A DNA stretch of 64,000 bases from Ignavibacteriales bacterium (GCA_026390815.1 JAPLFH010000005.1:62366-126365); one strand, 5' to 3'. Counted from the stretch's first letter, positions 48,634 to 59,237 are shown. Notes: generated from the letters alone by a model not told the origin. Made by a program: numbers and translations.

Positions 48634-50073
48634 TCACGTATTTATGTTCTGCTTAATGTAATCGGAAGGCGATAATCCAAAATGATTTTTAAATAGTTTT
48701 GAAAAGTGAGAAAGGTCATTAAATCCAAACTCGAAAGCAGCTTCAGTAATATTTCCTAATTTACAGATCAAGAACTCTTCGGCAAGTTTAAGTTTTACAA
48801 GATAAATAAAATTTGTGGGGGTAGTATTCAATTCTTCGCGGGTTAATCTTTGAAAATGCCTTAATGAAATTCCTATTTCTTTAGCAACTTCTTCGGAATG
48901 GATAGTTCTATGTTTATTATCAATAATATACTTGGAGGCTTTTTGCAGAATAATTTGGTTGGTGGTTAGCTTGTTTTTAATCTGTTCATTAAAAGGAATA
49001 AAAATAATTCTTCCTTTATTAACTTCCGATTCACTTGGAATTTTACTAATGCGTTTTATTCTTAAATACAAATAGGTTATTATAGAAAAAGTAAGTGCAA
49101 AAGTTATTAAATAAACCCAAAGCCAATATTGTTTGTATTCCTCGGCAAGATTTTCCAGAAAACTTGGTCCGCCTATCAATTTTACTTTCCTCCAATATTT
49201 AGGAAAGCCAAAATCGCTGTATCCCATCCAATCAAATGACCACATGATTGTTGATGCATATTCTATAATTGTACCCTGCTCTATGGGATAGTCAATATCG
49301 TTGCAGCAAATATCCATACGCAAACTTTTACCGGACTGCGGTTCAAAACCGATTGATGCAAAAGGAATTGAAATTTCTACAATGTAAAAACTATCTATAT
49401 CTTCAGGTTGATTTACTGTTCCAAAATACTTTAGCTTACTTTTAAAAAGTACATTTTGATCATAATCCTTCGGTACTGCAAGGGTATCCAACTTAATTAA
49501 TCTTCTGTCTCCTCTAAAAACTTGTGTTCTGTTTTTCAGATCAACTATAAATTGATAGTCATTTGTATTCATCTTTAAACCATCATCACATTTGGAATCA
49601 ATATATATTTCAATTCCATCGTTTAAGTGAAGTTTTGGTTTATCTGTGCCGGTATCTATTTGTGCAAAAAGTTGCTCATCCTTAACAAGGATTGCAATAT
49701 TTAAGGATTTCAAATTCCAAAAATATTTCACTTTTGCCGTGTTTTTAGAAAGCGGTTTTTTTAGATATGCAAAATCGAACTGAGACGGATAGACATGATT
49801 TAATTTTATTTCAGGGACTGTATAAAAAGATCTTAGTGTATCGGTAAAGACATAATCAAATGCATCTTCCCAATCATCCAAAACTCCATCAACTTTAATT
49901 TCTTCATTCTTGTATGGAATATGAATCACATCATCAGGTATCTGATAAAACAAACAGAAAGCAAAAAAAACCCCGGTAACGTACATAATAAGTAGCTCAA
50001 AAAATTTTTTTGATAATTTTTTCAGAAGCAATTTAACAATAATAATTAATAGTTGACAAGATATTTTTATCAT
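48634..50073 (-). CDS. Membrane-spanning AraC/XylS-family regulator with a CBM9-like extracytoplasmic domain
   Basis: N-terminal anchor, a ~270-aa domain starting KVDGVLDDWEDAFDYVF (CBM9/DOMON-like pattern), a TM helix YWLWVYLITFALTFSIITYLYL, then a C-terminal HTH_AraC (ISLRHFQRLTREE..FGFNDLSHFSKLFKNHFGLSPSDY). Confidence 0.7.
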   Translation of the reverse strand: MIKISCQLLIIIVKLLLKKLSKKFFELLIMYVTGVFFAFCLFYQIPDDVIHIPYKNEEIKVDGVLDDWEDAFDYVFTDTLRSFYTVPEIKLNHVYPSQFDFAYLKKPLSKNTAKVKYFWNLKSLNIAILVKDEQLFAQIDTGTDKPKLHLNDGIEIYIDSKCDDGLKMNTNDYQFIVDLKNRTQVFRGDRRLIKLDTLAVPKDYDQNVLFKSKLKYFGTVNQPEDIDSFYIVEISIPFASIGFEPQSGKSLRMDICCNDIDYPIEQGTIIEYASTIMWSFDWMGYSDFGFPKYWRKVKLIGGPSFLENLAEEYKQYWLWVYLITFALTFSIITYLYLRIKRISKIPSESEVNKGRIIFIPFNEQIKNKLTTNQIILQKASKYIIDNKHRTIHSEEVAKEIGISLRHFQRLTREELNTTPTNFIYLVKLKLAEEFLICKLGNITEAAFEFGFNDLSHFSKLFKNHFGLSPSDYIKQNINT

Positions 50074-50113
50074 TCATTGAATATCCATTATCAATATTAT
50101 AAAAAGAAATAAT

Positions 50114-50211
50114 CATCAATTGAAATTCATTGTAAAGAACTACCAATTGGTCGGAACTACAAAAACGAGGTGTTAAAGACATTAAATCTTGGTAAGATTA
50201 TAAACAAATAG
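50114..50211 (+). pseudogene. Orphan duplicate of the last ~30 codons of the lytTR response-regulator gene
   Basis: 50114-50211 matches 42889-42986 with about 5 mismatches and reads ..EIHCKELPIGRNYKNEVLKTLNLGKIINK*. No upstream coding part exists; the AraC gene start abuts it. Confidence 0.8.
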
Positions 50212-50304
50212 GATAACTGGAGACCTGGCAGATACTAAACTAAACAGGTCTGAAAAATTATCTTGCAGGTAAACATAACAATTACCTGCAAGATGGATAA
50301 GTTT

Positions 50305-52665
50305 TTATTTTAGTAAGAGAAGTTTTTTCGTAGAAGAAAATTTATTCCCTCCTTCCACAGCTTCAGCATTCATCCGCATAATGTAAATGCCGCTGGAAAG
50401 ATCATTCGCATTCCACAAAACTTGTTTGTAACCTGCAGATTCTTCTTTGTCTATCAGTGTGGTTATTAACTGTCCAAGCATATTAAAAATTTCTACTTTT
50501 ACTCTGCTATTATACGGCAAAACGTATTCAATTGTTGTTGTTGGATTAAACGGATTTGGATAGTTCTGAAACAACTTAAATGTTATTGGGAAAACTACTG
50601 TATTTACATGAAAACTTTCTATTGCTGGATTTGTGATGACTATACTCTGACCATCCCGCACTACTGCGTTAATCACCACTCCTCCTACCTTATCTTTTAT
50701 ACTTAAATTCCCTCCCTCTACTTTTAAAGTTATCGGATATTCTGCCGAGTGGATTAAAATATCTTTCGTTCCATTGTTTATGTTATCTACCAACTGATTA
50801 CTATCCCAGCGTACATCAAATACACCGCTTGGTGGTATAGGTGGTAAGGCATAGCTATCAAAATTTATTGACTCGGACGCACCGTAAACAATACTCCGAT
50901 TTCCATTATTGTCTCGTACTATTATTTTTATCCATTTAGGGTCTATGCTCTCTTTGACTATTGTTTGGTTTATTCTCTTTGCAAGTGCATTCCCTATATT
51001 AATTACACCGGCACCACTTGCCCTTACCCAATAGCTCTTACCGACTTCCATAACAGTAGGGATTTCATACTTGTTTGAATATCCGTAGAATGGTGAGTTG
51101 ACTATTCCCCAAGGTTCAGTAGTTACTTGGTTTATATTCACATTCCTTTCATATACCCCTACTAAATTCCATCCTTCTGTTACAGGGATCGTATTACTAT
51201 TTACAATATTACCACAAATGTTTATCGTTGTTGCTATTGGATATCTTACCCAGTATCCTTTACCATTTTCTAGAGTTGTTGCAATATTGTATTTATCCGT
51301 GTAATTATATGTGGGTGAATTTGCTCCTGCAAACAGTATACTTGTGGACATATTTGTTGCTATTACAGGCACTGATACAATATTCCAACCTTGTAGTAAT
51401 GTTACATCAGTACATATGATATTACTCTCATTAACTATCCTGAGATCGATATTTGTAAAAACACTTTCATTATTATCAGGAATTGTTTTGGGTGTTTCTG
51501 AAGATGTTGTGATATAATGTACTCTTAAATCGGTAATTGAAAAATTATTAACAGTACCTGAAACTGTACTTTGGGTGCTTAAAAAAACATTATTGCTTTG
51601 AGTTGTATCCAAATAGCTTAATCCATCCGAAAGATCGAAATCAATATTGTTATTTGGAAAAGATCTAGCCGGAAGACCTGGTAATGTATTCATGTAAAAA
51701 TCAAAATAATTCTTTGAATAAATTGGTGTGCTGTTTAATCCGATTCCAAAATTTAACTTTAAGAAATTAATATTTGAATGTGTAATTTGTGTTGAAGCTA
51801 TAATAGTTGGCTCATATTGAATCCTATCCGTAGTATAACAAGCAAATCTTTGCGATAAATTTGTATCAATAACTGCTTGATAAGACATCCAACAAAATCC
51901 ATTATCGCCCCAAGATGTACCCCATGAATTAACTAATCTAAAAGCGCCAGTACCATCCGCTGTTACTTTATTATCATCATATCCTACGATAGCTAATGCA
52001 TGTCCCCCTCTGTTATTTCCCATTTTCTCATTAACGCAATATGTATTGTTATAATTTTTAATATTATCAAAATTCCCGTAAATAATTATACCAAGGACCG
52101 CAATATCACCGTTTGCCAAATGCTGCTTCACCTGTTCAATTCCCGTAGTATTGTTGATTGGAATATAATAGGCGTCAAGCGATCTATATTTTATTGCATC
52201 GAGATATACTGATTCTGAAGGCAAAGCAGTATAATTCTGATATGGGAAATCGGCAATTGTAGCGCATCCATTATCTGTTAATAATTTAAGTGCATCAGAA
52301 AAATATGAACCTCCATCCCGACCACCATTAATATGGTTATAAATAAAAGAGGGACTGAAAATATGATTGGGAACGGTGATGCTCCAACCATGTTCTTGCC
52401 ATTCTTGATAAGTTTTATAATAGTAGCCTATTGCCCATGCAACGCAACTGCCTTGTTGTCCTTGATTTCCTACTGGCGGTAAATGATCTGAGTTATCAAC
52501 AGAAGAAGACAATTTATATAATACTGTTTTGGGTTCTGCTTTCCTTATCGAAGTGTTCTTAGATATATCTTCAAATAACAAACCTGTTCTATGTAACTGC
52601 TGCGCATAAAATCCGACATTGATTAATACTATAAACATCAGAAAACTTATAATAAAATTTTTCAT
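50305..52665 (-). CDS. Papain-family (C1) cysteine peptidase with C-terminal repeat domains and a T9SS sorting domain
   Basis: Catalytic triad context QGQQGSCVAWA (Cys), GGHALAIVGYDD (His) and NSWGTSWGDNGF (Asn). Two ~70-aa GWN(I/L)V..GK(G/S)YWVR repeats follow. C-terminus FQNYPNPFNPTTTIEY..LLLLK. Confidence 0.85.
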   Translation of the reverse strand: MKNFIISFLMFIVLINVGFYAQQLHRTGLLFEDISKNTSIRKAEPKTVLYKLSSSVDNSDHLPPVGNQGQQGSCVAWAIGYYYKTYQEWQEHGWSITVPNHIFSPSFIYNHINGGRDGGSYFSDALKLLTDNGCATIADFPYQNYTALPSESVYLDAIKYRSLDAYYIPINNTTGIEQVKQHLANGDIAVLGIIIYGNFDNIKNYNNTYCVNEKMGNNRGGHALAIVGYDDNKVTADGTGAFRLVNSWGTSWGDNGFCWMSYQAVIDTNLSQRFACYTTDRIQYEPTIIASTQITHSNINFLKLNFGIGLNSTPIYSKNYFDFYMNTLPGLPARSFPNNNIDFDLSDGLSYLDTTQSNNVFLSTQSTVSGTVNNFSITDLRVHYITTSSETPKTIPDNNESVFTNIDLRIVNESNIICTDVTLLQGWNIVSVPVIATNMSTSILFAGANSPTYNYTDKYNIATTLENGKGYWVRYPIATTINICGNIVNSNTIPVTEGWNLVGVYERNVNINQVTTEPWGIVNSPFYGYSNKYEIPTVMEVGKSYWVRASGAGVINIGNALAKRINQTIVKESIDPKWIKIIVRDNNGNRSIVYGASESINFDSYALPPIPPSGVFDVRWDSNQLVDNINNGTKDILIHSAEYPITLKVEGGNLSIKDKVGGVVINAVVRDGQSIVITNPAIESFHVNTVVFPITFKLFQNYPNPFNPTTTIEYVLPYNSRVKVEIFNMLGQLITTLIDKEESAGYKQVLWNANDLSSGIYIMRMNAEAVEGGNKFSSTKKLLLLK

Positions 52666-52769
52666 ATTTATTTACCTATGATTCTGTCATCCTAAGATTA
52701 CTGCAATTGTTTTTCTGCCAAAATAAACTTGCAATAAAACAAGCATAGAATAATAACCGTATTTTCAAT

Positions 52770-55700
52770 TCACTTCATTAAAATTAGCTTCTTTGTCGAA
52801 CGGAAGTTTCCTTTACCGTCCGCCGGAATAGCCTCTAAAGTGTAAAAGTAAATGCCTGATGTTTTGGTTGATGCATTCCATGTTACTTCATGATAACCAG
52901 CATTCTGCGTTCCATTTACTAAGGATTCAACCTCTTGACCAACTAAATTGTATATCTTAATCTGTACGTTACTAATTCCCGGTAATCCATATTTGATCAC
53001 TGTCGATGGATTAAAGGGATTTGGATAATTCTGGGATAGACTAAAAACAATCGGCAAATCCTGAAAGACTTCAATTGCATTTGAATAATTCGCTGTACCA
53101 TTGTAATCTATTTGTTTCAATCTGTAATATATTTTTCTTGAGGGTACATTCTTATCCGTAAAAACGTACGTATGAATTTCGGCAGTTGTTCCGTTCCCTT
53201 TCACAAACCCGATTTTGTCATATACATTCCCATCTTTACTTCTTTGAATTTCGAAACCTGAATTATTCTTTTCTGTGGAGGTTTCCCAAGTAATATTCAC
53301 ATTGTTCTCAAATAAATTTGCCGCAAATGAAGTTAATTCTATAGGCACAACATCCAATTTTAATTCTATTTTTAATGCATTTATACCTGAATTGGTAAGT
53401 GTATAGGAACTGTCTGTCTTCATATTGACATTTACTATTGTTCCCGTAATTAAATCTTTAAGATAGAAACTTCCAGTAGAGGGAAGTTGAACCGGATTCC
53501 AGCTAAATGTAATTGGATAACCTCCATTTCCCGGTTGAAATTTTATTAACCATTCAATACTATCGTTGTCTGCCAGGCGGTAGTCTTTCCAGGAATCATC
53601 TCCGGTTGGCAAATGGAATCGTGCGTCAAATCCAAAAGGAGGTGGAGGTAATGGTGCTTCTCCTAAATCGATGTCTATTCCATCAGTACCTATAGGGGAC
53701 TTACCAAACGTAAGTGATTGTGAAACATTACCGTTATCTTTAACATTAATATCTGCTTGCCAGGTAGAAAAATCAATTAATTTTATTTTTGTTGTATTAA
53801 AAATTTCCTTGGTATATAAATCCTGCACCCATACTGATAGCTCAAGATTTGCAAGTAACCAAGATGATTTCGTTGTTAGTGAGATAGGCACTGACACTGA
53901 GTCATTATATACCAAATCGATTGGATATCCTTTCGTGAAATCAGGAAACATCCAACGCTCACAGTAATCAACTTCCGTTTGCCCCATCCAAGTGAAAGGA
54001 ATTTTGTTTTCAGTTAAGGCAGCAAATAACACAATATTCTTTTCAATAAATGGCGCAAGCTTCCTAACATGAAATGTAACATTATAATCGTTTACTGAGG
54101 CAGCGTTTCCAGTAATACTAATATCCAAAGGGGTTCTAATCGAATAAACCGAATCATAAAACGGCAAGTAACTATTATACACACCGATACAAGTATTTTC
54201 ACCTACGTATATGAAAATTCCATCAAAGATCGCTGCCGGAATGCCGCCCCAACCATACCAATTATACCTCCAGTTAGAATATCCATAATTAGATCGGTCT
54301 TCAAAATCATTATCCATAAAGTATCCAATTATTGCACACTTCTTTCCATTATTTATCAGATCGTTTGCTCCTGATTGAACACCAGGTGCAAATGGACAAG
54401 TCGTTTCAGTTGCTATTTCAACCAAAACATTTTTTTTAATTGCTGAATACGTGTTAATATATTTTGATATTGAATTATTATCAGTGTTAAGATCCTCTGT
54501 TAATTGTGTATTAAATTCAACTTTATAAAGATAATTATCATTTAAAGCGTAAGGAGTGAAAATAACTGTCTGAATTGAGTCCGATGCAAGATTTGTTACA
54601 GCTTGCGTACTCTGTGTTAAAACGTTTCCGTTATAATCGTAAATCTTACATATAACATTAAAACTCTCATTGCTGGCACCGAGATTTTGAATTTGGACAG
54701 AAGGATAATATTGAGAACCACCTGTAAACTGATTAGCTCCAATTATCTTGAGAACGCCAACATCATGTGTTAAAGTTGTCTGAGGTATATTTAATTTTGT
54801 TACAAAAGCATCACCATAAAGTTCATCACCACCATAAATAGACTGAAAAGAGCCGGGTGTAGTGGGATAATTTGAAGATCTTGCGCTCCCTGTTATAAAA
54901 GCATTCCCGCTCGCATCAATGGCTATTGAATTTCCATAATCATTAAGATGCCCTCCCAAATAAGTAGAATAAATTAATTCGTTTCCGGTTGGGTTTAATT
55001 CTGTTATAAAGGCATCCCCCCCAAAATAATTAACATCTCTACCGCCATAAGATTTCTGAAAAGCTCCGCTTGTTGTTGGAAAAATTGTTGAACTTGTAAC
55101 GCCTGTTATATATGAATTACCACTTCCATCTATAGCGATTGAATAACCTTGATCACCACCACCACCACCACCAATAAAAGTAGAATAAACTAAGCCACTT
55201 CCGGTTGGATTTATTTTTGTTACAAAAACAGAAGAATACTGCATGCCGCCAGTACTAATAAAATTAGTCTGATAAGCTCCGGGTGTTGTGGGATAGTTTA
55301 AAGAATTTGTCAATCCAGTTATATAAGCATTCCCGCCGGCATCGACTGCTATCGAATTTCCTTGATCCTCACCAGTATCCCCAATAAAAGTAGAATAAAC
55401 TAATCCACTGCCGATTGAGTTAAGTTTTGTTACAAAGGCATCACCAAATGTATTATAACCACCAACATAAGTAGTCTGAAAAACTCCAGGTGTTGTGGGA
55501 TAATCTGAAGAGTATGTTTGTCCTGTTATATAAGCATCTCCTGCCGCATCAACAGCTATTGAATAGGAATGGTCATTATTACTCCCTCCCATAAAGGTAG
55601 AATAAACTAATGCGCTTCCGGTTGAGTTTAGTTTTGTTACAAAACCATCACCCGTAAAATAATCACCAATCCCACCGCCAAATGATTTCTGAAAAGCTCC

Positions 55701-56996
55701 GCTTGTTGTGGGATAATTTTTTGAATTGGTAGTCCCTGTTACATAAGCATTCCCCTCTACATCTACTGCTATTGAAAAAGCCATCTCATTGCTGCTTCCA
55801 CCTATATAAGTAGAATAAATTAATCCGCTTCCGGTTGTGTTTAGTTTTGTTACAACTGCATCACCTTGACTGATACCACCTTCTTCAACACTACCCCCAT
55901 AAGTAGTTTGAAAAGCTCCGATTGTTGTTGGATAATCTGGAGAGTTATTACGTCCCGTAATAAAAGCATTTCCTCCCTTATCAATCGCTATTGAATAAAA
56001 AGTTGAATTACCACCAATAAAAGTGGAATAAACTAATCCATTACCGTTTGAATTTAGCTTTGTTACATATCCGGTTCCATTGAAGTTAGTCTGATAAGCT
56101 CCGGGTGTTGTGGGATAATTCTGACTACTTGCAGCTCCGGTTATATAAGCATTTCCACTTACATCAATAGCAATTGAATATCCTTGATCATCCCCACTCC
56201 CACCAATAAAAGTAGAATAAACTAATGGATCAATTATAAGTTCTTTATTTGCATCATAACCGGTGGCTTTTAATCCTATCGCTCCATCTTCTCTTTGTTC
56301 AAATGTGCACTCTACTTCTTTCTGCGTTTCACCTTCCATTTGGTATGCGTAAAGCTTTCCGTTCGTTACTTCTCCAATGCTTGTCTTTAGGACTAACTCT
56401 CCCTTTGAGTTTACGTTCATCCCTTCTTGTCCGTCAAACTTAAAAATAATTCGTGACACATCTGCACCGGGTTTTACTATGTAATCATACCGTAGCATTC
56501 TGTTATCGTAATAATATTTTACGTCTATGTTTTTATAAATACCTTTTACTTCTACATTATCGTAAAGAGGGACATAGCTTGCCCATTTGCTTTTATCGTT
56601 GCTGATAAAATAATTGTAATATCCTTCACGCTGGTTATTGCCTACAGAAATAACTTCTTTCTCAGCATTAACCAACTGCATTCTAACAACATGGCCATCA
56701 ACCAAAGTATTCTTATTTTCATAATCTTGCATTTCCCGGGGATTCATCTTCGTGGTTTTAGTCTCATCAAAGTTTTTCTTTATCCGGTAATAATCATACA
56801 CAACACCGGAGTTAGTAATCCACGCATTCATACCACCGATACGAGCAAGGTATTTTACTTCCGGATTCCATTGCCCTTTATTCTGAATGAAGAAACTTTT
56901 ATCGGTTTGGTTAAGTGTTTGCTGAGGATTTTTTAATTGTTGCGCATTACCAACTGTGCAAAATAACGCAAGTAGAAATAGTAATTTTTTGACCAT
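52770..56996 (-). CDS. Very large secreted protein with seven SBBP beta-propeller repeats, a pre-CTD module and a T9SS sorting domain
   Basis: Seven repeats of (V/I)YST(F/Y)(I/L/M)GG..SIA(I/V)D..GNA(Y/F)(I/V)TG..YPTT.GA(F/Y)Q. VPIELTSF..WETSTEKNNSGFEIQR. SQNYPNPFNPSTVIKY..LILMK. The start at MVKKLLFLLALFC (56996) is preferred over the track start at 57065. Confidence 0.8.
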   Translation of the reverse strand: MVKKLLFLLALFCTVGNAQQLKNPQQTLNQTDKSFFIQNKGQWNPEVKYLARIGGMNAWITNSGVVYDYYRIKKNFDETKTTKMNPREMQDYENKNTLVDGHVVRMQLVNAEKEVISVGNNQREGYYNYFISNDKSKWASYVPLYDNVEVKGIYKNIDVKYYYDNRMLRYDYIVKPGADVSRIIFKFDGQEGMNVNSKGELVLKTSIGEVTNGKLYAYQMEGETQKEVECTFEQREDGAIGLKATGYDANKELIIDPLVYSTFIGGSGDDQGYSIAIDVSGNAYITGAASSQNYPTTPGAYQTNFNGTGYVTKLNSNGNGLVYSTFIGGNSTFYSIAIDKGGNAFITGRNNSPDYPTTIGAFQTTYGGSVEEGGISQGDAVVTKLNTTGSGLIYSTYIGGSSNEMAFSIAVDVEGNAYVTGTTNSKNYPTTSGAFQKSFGGGIGDYFTGDGFVTKLNSTGSALVYSTFMGGSNNDHSYSIAVDAAGDAYITGQTYSSDYPTTPGVFQTTYVGGYNTFGDAFVTKLNSIGSGLVYSTFIGDTGEDQGNSIAVDAGGNAYITGLTNSLNYPTTPGAYQTNFISTGGMQYSSVFVTKINPTGSGLVYSTFIGGGGGGDQGYSIAIDGSGNSYITGVTSSTIFPTTSGAFQKSYGGRDVNYFGGDAFITELNPTGNELIYSTYLGGHLNDYGNSIAIDASGNAFITGSARSSNYPTTPGSFQSIYGGDELYGDAFVTKLNIPQTTLTHDVGVLKIIGANQFTGGSQYYPSVQIQNLGASNESFNVICKIYDYNGNVLTQSTQAVTNLASDSIQTVIFTPYALNDNYLYKVEFNTQLTEDLNTDNNSISKYINTYSAIKKNVLVEIATETTCPFAPGVQSGANDLINNGKKCAIIGYFMDNDFEDRSNYGYSNWRYNWYGWGGIPAAIFDGIFIYVGENTCIGVYNSYLPFYDSVYSIRTPLDISITGNAASVNDYNVTFHVRKLAPFIEKNIVLFAALTENKIPFTWMGQTEVDYCERWMFPDFTKGYPIDLVYNDSVSVPISLTTKSSWLLANLELSVWVQDLYTKEIFNTTKIKLIDFSTWQADINVKDNGNVSQSLTFGKSPIGTDGIDIDLGEAPLPPPPFGFDARFHLPTGDDSWKDYRLADNDSIEWLIKFQPGNGGYPITFSWNPVQLPSTGSFYLKDLITGTIVNVNMKTDSSYTLTNSGINALKIELKLDVVPIELTSFAANLFENNVNITWETSTEKNNSGFEIQRSKDGNVYDKIGFVKGNGTTAEIHTYVFTDKNVPSRKIYYRLKQIDYNGTANYSNAIEVFQDLPIVFSLSQNYPNPFNPSTVIKYGLPGISNVQIKIYNLVGQEVESLVNGTQNAGYHEVTWNASTKTSGIYFYTLEAIPADGKGNFRSTKKLILMK

Positions 56997-57184
56997 AAGA
57001 ACCTCCAATTTTTTAAAGGCAGATCTCAAAATAATTTTTTTACATTTTTCTTTATCGCAATTCACATTTATAATTTTATTAGTATTTATTTCAAAGCAAT
57101 ATTTTTATACTTCAAAGCCATAATAGTTAACCTTCATTCTTCAAAACTTTTTAATAACAATTTTTAGAATCGCTTTTAATAAAA

Positions 57185-58786
57185 CTATTTGAGCAACATC
57201 ATCTTCTTTATATCCCTAAATTCACTCTTACCGTCAGTACTCTTGGCATAGAGCAAATAAAAATAAACTCCGCTACGTAATCCATTTGTGTTGAAGTTTA
57301 CTTCGTAGTAACCGGCATTCTTTTGTTCGTTAAGTATTTCTTTTATTTTTTCACCTAGAATATTATAGACTTCAATTTTTATTGTACTTCTGAATGGCAA
57401 TGCAAACCTTATCAATGTGCTAGGATTAAATGGATTTGGATAATTCTGCTGAAGTGAGTAATTCTTAACAGATTCAATGGGATTAATATCAACATTGGTT
57501 GACTTTTTAAGAATTATTTTTCCCCTATAGAAAGGTATATTTACATCTAAAGGTATATTTGCATCCCTGAATGATTTATCTATAGAAGCTGGGTTAAATA
57601 CTACAAAGCCATTTTCAAATTCTCGGATTTTTAATCCATTCTCCTCTTTCATTTCACTTGTTGGCAGTCCAATTGGTCTTTTGGCAATTTCAGACACTTC
57701 AATGCTATTATGTGCGAAACAAAACAAAGCATTATCATATAGCAATGCCATAACCATTGCAGTTTCATCAATAGAATCTGTAGAAGCGGAAGCCTGCCCG
57801 TTGCTGCTTTGAATGAGATTAAAAAATAAATTATTAGGTATAAAATAATCTGTAATTACTTTTAACATATCTTTGGGATTTTTTAACGCACTGCCATAAT
57901 TCAAATTACTTGGACCAGAAACACCAAATTTTGATCCTATATTTTCAAACATTTTACCATCGCAAACCGTATAGTAAAATTCGTTGGGTTGATTGACAAT
58001 AATTTTTATGGGAATACTATCTTTTAAGTTTTTAAGTATTTTTGAAGTACCATTACGCCAACTTGAGTCTATTGGTGTATTGTGCGAACCACGTATTGCT
58101 TCAGTTGGAAATTGAAACCAATCACCCTCACTATCCCAGTCAATATCAGGGGCTAGCTTATCTTGTGTAATCGTGTAATCAGGGTTTCCCAGCCATATAA
58201 TATCTCTTAAACCATTATCAAATAAAAGAAAATCAATTTTTGTCTTAAATGAATTAAGCCGTGAAATTATCTTTGCAGAAATATAATCATTGTATTTCAT
58301 ATTGTTAATCAAAGGACAATATTCCGAAAGATTCATTAGCCACATTGAGTAGCCACTATCCCATGTAGTTATTATTTTTTGATCATGTGAAGGATTATAT
58401 ACAAAGAATGATGAAGCCGGATTATAAAAATTGTTTAATAAATCATTCCTTATTGAATTCTGCCAAGGTCTATCAGTGATGATATCGCTAAATATTTCCA
58501 TTGGATTGAAATATATACCTATTAATAGAGTGGAATCTAATGCATTTAATTTATCAAGAATTTCATTTGTACATAATTCGATATCCAAAATTACCGCTTT
58601 TCCACTTGCCATTATTTCTAATTCTGATTCAAGGGGCGGAGTAGGATTCTGACGATAAACACAGCCTGCAATAGTCCACGGGGAATCAACTGCTATAGTA
58701 TCAATACTTGTATCCGTCTTTTGTCCTAATAAAGGCAAGCTTGTTAAAGCAAGTATGAACGAGATAATAAATATTGAATTTTTCAT
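57185..58786 (-). CDS. Secreted protein of unknown function with a T9SS sorting domain
   Basis: Signal peptide MKNSIFIISFILALTSLPLLG (start 58786 preferred over 58879). C-terminus LQQNYPNPFNPSTLIRF..MMLLK. The central region was not recognised. Confidence 0.65.
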   Translation of the reverse strand: MKNSIFIISFILALTSLPLLGQKTDTSIDTIAVDSPWTIAGCVYRQNPTPPLESELEIMASGKAVILDIELCTNEILDKLNALDSTLLIGIYFNPMEIFSDIITDRPWQNSIRNDLLNNFYNPASSFFVYNPSHDQKIITTWDSGYSMWLMNLSEYCPLINNMKYNDYISAKIISRLNSFKTKIDFLLFDNGLRDIIWLGNPDYTITQDKLAPDIDWDSEGDWFQFPTEAIRGSHNTPIDSSWRNGTSKILKNLKDSIPIKIIVNQPNEFYYTVCDGKMFENIGSKFGVSGPSNLNYGSALKNPKDMLKVITDYFIPNNLFFNLIQSSNGQASASTDSIDETAMVMALLYDNALFCFAHNSIEVSEIAKRPIGLPTSEMKEENGLKIREFENGFVVFNPASIDKSFRDANIPLDVNIPFYRGKIILKKSTNVDINPIESVKNYSLQQNYPNPFNPSTLIRFALPFRSTIKIEVYNILGEKIKEILNEQKNAGYYEVNFNTNGLRSGVYFYLLYAKSTDGKSEFRDIKKMMLLK

Positions 58787-59083
58787 AATAAGGTCCCTAT
58801 TTAATCTGTTGCCTAATAGATTCTTTACACCAAATCCTTTATTTAAAACATGCTTGTAGTTCAAACCACTTAACTTCAATCTTATTTATTAAAGAATGAT
58901 AAACAGCCATGCAGCCTTATTCATCACCCTCATAAAAATTTCTCCCATCTATTACCTTCTGTCAACTATTACTGCATCGACAGTTTGTAAGGCTTATCTT
59001 TCCATTTGCTCTGTGGTCAGGAAGAATCAAATAGCTTCATGGTTTTTATTCAAAATCTTTCTGCTAACAATAAAGCTTTTCTA

Positions 59084-59212
59084 TTCCTCATCCCAAAGGG
59101 AAGATATATTTATAGAATTTAACAATTCAATAATTATATATGACCCCGAATGGGGTCGCATGTTTTTGTTTCCTATTTCTTTTCTATAAACATTCGATGT
59201 CTCCGGCATCAA
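59084..59212 (+). ncRNA. Candidate structured RNA element, copy A (unclassified)
   Basis: One of two tandem ~130-nt homologous elements. Conserved hairpins are TCATCCC/GGGAAGA, GACCCC-GAAT-GGGGTC, GCATGTTT..22 nt..AAACATTC and GATGTC-TCC-GGCATC. A + strand terminator follows. Strand and expression are inferred only. Confidence 0.35.
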
Positions 59213-59237
59213 TCCAATTTTTACAGATTCTCATCTT

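Noticed and set aside
58896-59189. 97-aa + strand ORF overlapping the first tandem element
   Set aside because: The homologous second copy carries no comparable ORF. Conservation between the copies follows hairpin stems rather than a reading frame. There is no SD, and the sequence is hydrophobic and low-complexity.
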